Shown here in pieces: positions 58,900-64,000 of a stretch of DNA of 64,000 nucleotides. The DNA comes from the human T2T-CHM13v2.0 reference genome, Homo sapiens. The notes under the pieces were generated by a model, which ran no database searches, had not been told where the DNA came from, and saw only the letters and a program-made list of their open reading frames with translations. The translations under genes were made by a program, and so were the position numbers. Position 1 is the stretch's first letter. Each line of letters opens with the position of its first letter. The stretch is from assembly GCF_009914755.1 (NCBI RefSeq), contig NC_060925.1; one strand, 5' to 3'.

Positions 58900-59368
58900 G
58901 ATCAAGTTCATGTTCAGAAATATTCACTCCCTTCCCATAACTGCATTGGAAGAACAGAATTTCCTGTTCCATTCATGGTGAGCTTGGCTATGTGAATTGT
59001 TTCAGTCAGTGGGATATTAGCGTCCATGATGCAGCAGCCTTGAAAAGTATCTTCATGCTTCAACTTACACTCTTGAACTTCTGGCATTGCTATGGATAAA
59101 AATATGCCCAGAACGGACAGTTCATCCCAGGAGGAGGATAAAAGTCATGGGGAGTGGAGCTGTACCACCAGAGCTGAGGCCACCCCAAATCAGCAGCCCC
59201 CCAGTTGACCCCAGCCTGCTGCAGATGCATGAATGAGCCCAGCTGAGACCAACAGTACTGCAGAGCCAACCAGCACACTTGCAAGCTGCGTAAATGCATT
59301 TTTGTATGCTCCCGAGATTTTGTGGCTGTTTTATATGCAATGTTATTGTGGCCATAGTTACTTGAAAT
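58900..59368 (+). mobile_element. MLT1I/J-like LTR
   Basis: gagcttggctatgtgaattgtttcag...gagattttgtggctgttttatatgcaatgttattgtggccatag. Confidence 0.7.
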
Positions 59369-60719
59369 AACCAGTAAAATAAGATATGAATGGCTGACAA
59401 GGCTCAATATTTCCCTCCCCTGAAAGACATGGGAAGCCAATATTTTTATTTGTTTAATAAATATTTAGGTGAACTCCATGTGCCAGGTCCCCAATTGTAG
59501 TTAGTTTTCCGTTGTACAAGGGATTCTGCTTTAAAGAACTGTACTTAAAGCAGTATAGAATTATACTAGAGCCCCAATTCCCTTGACTTAAAGTTATTAC
59601 ACACAAAGCAAAACACAAACTGCTACATGTGCTGAGCTTATACAATGTCCCTCTTTTTAAATCTCTGTGCATCTCTCTGCCCGGTGGACTCTGGACATCA
59701 CGTTGTTTCCCTAGTTTCTAGAGCTGGTCTACCTGAGCATCCTGGAAAATCCCTGTAATGTTAGGTAATGAAGTAGAATTTTACTGGGTGGAAAGCTATT
59801 TCCTTTCCCTTTCAGTAAAGTGTCTCGAACTCTACTCCCTAGTCTTTTCCACCTTCCTAGATAATTCCAAAGGAATTTGGTGTTACGTGATCCTCTGAAG
59901 GGTGGAGGCAAAGAAGGAAACTAATAAGGACTTCTTTTTATTGCATAGCTGTGCTTCCCTTAGAATGGGGATCACAGTGGGACTGCACAAGGCCATCGCT
60001 CCTGCTCTCTGAAGGCTGGGGCTGCAACTGCACAGAAGAGGGTGCTCTTGTGCAAAGCTGCAGCCAGCTTCCTGGGAGGAGGTGAAGTTTACTCGTTCCT
60101 TGCTGAGCGGATGATTCATTGCTCATGATATTTGGTAGATGTAGTCTGCATTAGTGCACACATATTCTGCAACAACAGATAAAAACCCCAAACGGCAAAA
60201 ATGTCAGGAAACTCATTCGTATGGAGGGTGCACATCCATCATCCTCTGCTGTTCTGATACGACAGAGCCAACTTTTATCAGCATCCTTCCCTTTTACCCT
60301 ACTGCCAGGGCCCTTTAAATGAAAATTATCAAGGAATAGGGACAAAAATAGTGCCATCCTTTTTAGAGTTTTCAAATTGCTTTCACCATTTGGAAAATAA
60401 CTATATATCCATTAACTCGTTTGTCACACAAATATTTATTGAAGGACAGTTATTCTGCTTTTTCAATGCTTTTGGAGAAAGAATTGAAGCTCCTTCCTTA
60501 CCAATCAGACCCAGATGACCTGATTTCTGCTTCCCTCTCCAATCTAATCTCATGCTAACTGCCTTCTCTCTGGCTCTTTTCAGCCTCAGGCTTTTGCTCT
60601 CATATTTCATTTTACTAGAATTTTTTTTCTGGTTCATATTAGGGCTTATTTGCTTTGTTTTTCTCATTCTCCAGAGCTCAGCATGAATGTCATATTCTCA
60701 GAGTGACTTTCCTTAAGTC

Positions 60720-61133
60720 TGTATGTTAGTCAGGGTTCTCCAGAGAAACAATCAATAGAAGATATTGATAAAGATATAGCTATAGGTATGTTATCTTGTG
60801 ATTATGGAGACCAAGAAGTTCCAAGAGCTGCAACTGGCAAGCTGGAAACCCAGGAGAGCTGATGGTGTAATTCAACTCAGAGCCCCAGTCAGAAGACATT
60901 AAAGACTGACTTCCCAGCTGAAGACAGGCAGTCGAGAGAGAGAATTCTCCCTTACTCAGCCTTTTAGTTCTATTTATGCCTTCTATGTATCGGATGAGGC
61001 TTTACACAGTCTACTGATTCAAATGTTAATTTCATCCATATACACCCTTATAGACACACTCAGAGTCATGTTTAACCAAATATCCAGGCACCTTGTGATC
61101 CAGTCAAGTTGACACATAAAATTTACCCTCACA
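60720..61133 (-). mobile_element. MLT2 (ERVL) solo LTR inserted into an L2 (~60500-61380, +)
   Basis: gttagtcagggttctccagaga...ccagtcaagttgacacataaaatttaccctcaca. Confidence 0.85.
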
Positions 61134-62026
61134 GCCTGCATCTATCAATATAGATGCCCTTCCCTAATTACTAATACCTAATCTTGTTTATCTTCTCCTG
61201 AGTGTTTATCACAATTTTTACATGCCTTGTTTACTTGTTTGTCACATATTTACTGTCTGTCTCTCCGAGAATGTGAGCTCTCTGAGGGCATGGACAGTTT
61301 GTTGTGTTTTTCACTCTGTCCCTTTAGCTCAGAAGAGTGCCAGGCTCTCGGTAAACACTCAATACGTATTTTTGAATGAAATAGTGCAAAAATTAAAATA
61401 ATTGTATAATGAAATAAATATTGAAAGGCAAAATTAACAGAAAGTTATGAGAACATAGAAGAGCAAAAGCCTTATTCTTTCTGGAAGAGTCAGGAAAGGC
61501 TTTAAAATGAGGAGACATTTGAGCTAATGGGAAATCCACTAACCTGCAAGGAAGTCAAGTAGAAGAAAGATTTTCAGAAAAGATCAAACAGTGTGTGCTA
61601 AGGTGGGTGGCCTAAAGCGATGAGCATACTCCAGAAATGGCAAGAAAGTTAGTGTGTCGGGGGGTCAGAAGAGACTGAGACGGCTCTTGTATGCAGTGGC
61701 GGGATCAGCAGATAACTCACCAGAAAGTGAGAAGTCAGTGGATGCTGGAGGTTTTAAAACAGGACATTCACTTTGGAAGCAGAGTAGATAACGCTTGGAA
61801 TGGGGAGAAACTGAGGCCCTGGAAACTAGTGAGGAAACAGTTACAGTAATTTGGAAAGATAAAAGATGAAACAGCAACAGAGGCACGCAGGCGTGGGCCC
61901 ACAGCTTTGGCAGAAGCTGAATTCCTAATAGGAAACCTTGGATTTAGAAGTGGGTAAAACTGGCTTGTGGCTTTGGGGACAGGCCAAGAAGAACCAGTGT
62001 CTTCATCCAGCCTGTCATAACCTCAA

Positions 62027-62442
62027 GGTGTTAGTGTGTTTGCACTGCCATAAAGAAATATCTGAAACTGGGAAATTTATAAATAAAAGAGGTCTAATTT
62101 GCTCATGGCTCTGCAGGGTATGCAAGAAGCAAAGCACCAACATTTGCATAGGGTGAGGGCCTCAGGGAGCTTCCAATTATGGCAGAAGGTGAAGGGGAAT
62201 AGGAGTGTCACATGGTGAGAGTGGGAGCAAGAGAGAGACAGGAAAGGTGCTACACAATTTTAAACAACCAGACCTCATGTGAACTCAGAGCAAGAGCCCA
62301 CTCATCACCAACGGGTCGACCCTCAGCATTCATAAGGGATCTGCCCCCAAGATTCAAAGACCTCCCACCAGGGCCTGCCTCCAACACTGGAAATTACATT
62401 TGAATATGAAATTTAGAGGGGACAAACATCCAAACTGTATCA
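62027..62442 (-). mobile_element. MST (MaLR) solo LTR
   Basis: ctgccataaagaaatatctgaaactggg...ggggacaaacatccaaactgtatca. Confidence 0.88.
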
Positions 62443-63059
62443 CTGGGGAAGCAAAAAATAATTTGCTGTTGCAAGGACATGGGATGCGGAGGCGGGCACA
62501 GAACAGGGCCCAGCATGTGGGCATAGAACATGGCAGAGATTCTGCCATGGGGGCAAGATGACATGGAGGGGACATGCCAGATGACAGGGCAGGGTCTGTA
62601 CAATCAACTGAGAGGGACAGATCTTTGTAAAGAGCTGGTGTGGCTGAAAGGGAGCTGTTAGAGACCCTGAGCATATTCAAGCAAAATAAAAGAGGAGAGA
62701 GTAAATTTCGGGAAACTTCTGAGGTAGAATTATATAGCCTAGTGACAAATTGAATATGAAATGATAAGGGTGAAAGCCAAGAAAGTCAAGAATGACTTCA
62801 TTGCAACTTTGAAGCAGGGACTAGAGGAATAATAGATTTGGAGGAAGTATTTGAAGAGTGATGTTTTCTCTAAATTGAATTACTGAACTCACCACCTCAC
62901 CCGCGCTCCTGGTGGTCAGCCTCTCAATATTCACATTGTGGGACTTTTCAGCAAAGAGCTCCACAGGAAGAACATATACTGCTCAGTTTCAAACCTTTTT
63001 CACATTCCAGAACAGCTCTCTTTACAAGAGGCACCAGAGAATTCACCCATTCTCTTCTC

Positions 63060-63510
63060 CATCATCATCATCATCTTCCTTTTCAGTACTAGCTCTTATT
63101 TACTGAGCACTTACTGTAATAAATAACCACCATTTACTGAGCACTTCCTATGTCCCAGGACTCTTCTAGGTCTACTACACATGCTAAGTCAGTTAAACTC
63201 CTTACACACCTAAGTGAAGTAAGCACACCATTATCCACTTGTTAGAAGGGAGATAACTGAGGGACAGTGAGGTGAGTGACCTGCCAAGAGAAGTCAGACA
63301 CAGTGGAAGTACTTTATGCGTATTAGTGCCTTTGGTCTTCCCAAAACATTTGGAATAGCATTATTCCCTTTTTACAGGAACAAGGAGCACAAGGAGTGAG
63401 GAGGAGGTTACATCAATTTCCCCAAACCATCCAGCCCACAAGTTCCAGAGCTGATATTTGAAAGTACAGTTTCTAAGCTGGAGCCCAGAGAGGAACTAAT
63501 TCTTTGAACA
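63060..63510 (-). mobile_element. Two MIR fragments
   Basis: catttactgagcacttcctatgtcccagg...actgagggacagtgaggtgagtgacctgcc; ccctttttacagg. Confidence 0.7.
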
Positions 63511-63585
63511 CCTTTCTGTGTTCAAAGGCAAAGAACACAAAGAAACAGAAAACATTTTAAAAATTGCAAATAATAGTGAGGACTA

Positions 63586-64000
63586 CAGTTGATACTTAAA
63601 AAACACAAGTTTAAAGTGTGCGGGTCCACGTACATGTGGATTTTCTTCTGCTTCTGTCATTCCTGAGATAATAAGATCAACCCTTCCTCTTCCTCTTCCT
63701 CCTCAGCCTACTCAATGTGAAGGCAAAGAGGATGAAGCCCTTTATGATGATCCACTTCCACTTAATGAATAGTAAATATATTTTTTCTTGCTTGGATTTT
63801 CTTAATAACATTTTCTTTTCTCTAGCTTACTTTATTATAAGAACACAGTATATAACACATATAACATATAAAATATGTATTAATTGACTATGTTATGGGT
63901 AAGGCTTGTGGTCAACAGTAGGCTATTAATATTAAAGTCTGAGGGGAGTAAAAATTTAGAGGTGTATTTTCTATTGTGTAGGAATCGGCACCCCTAGTCC
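63586..64000 (+). mobile_element. Tigger2a/MER28-like DNA transposon, running off the window
   Basis: TA followed by cagttgatacttaaaaaacacaagtttaaagtgtgcgggtccac; cctactcaatgtgaagg..gaggatgaag. Confidence 0.85.

Noticed and set aside
62529-62549. Small hairpin catggcaga-gat-tctgccatg
   Set aside because: A 9 bp stem is expected by chance in 64 kb.

Overview
Primate (human-like) genomic DNA that is AT-rich, CpG-poor and dominated by repeats. It contains about 12 Alus, old and primate L1s, L2, L3 and MIR, MaLR/ERV LTRs including a full-length THE1, and hAT, Tigger and mariner relics. I can support no protein-coding gene, tRNA, rRNA, CpG island or CRISPR array, so the window reads as intronic or intergenic; the listed ORFs are repeat-derived or chance. 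The standout is a ~2.07 kb DNA palindrome at 55842-57909. Its arms are non-Alu sequence (876 and 899 bp, ~97% identical by manual alignment) around a TA/CA microsatellite centre. A continuous L3 relic marks the right arm as the parent and the left arm as a fold-back copy bounded by (TA)n tracts. The arm differences are unusually rich in C<->G and A<->T changes, which could reflect hairpin-templated repair. Two further templated or fold-back events sit at microsatellites. One is a ~125 bp copy of 15122-15245 inserted into a TA tract at ~11664, next to snap-back hairpins. The other is a ~90 bp hairpin at 28463-28554. Repeat names come from recalled consensus sequences, so subfamily calls and old-repeat boundaries are approximate.
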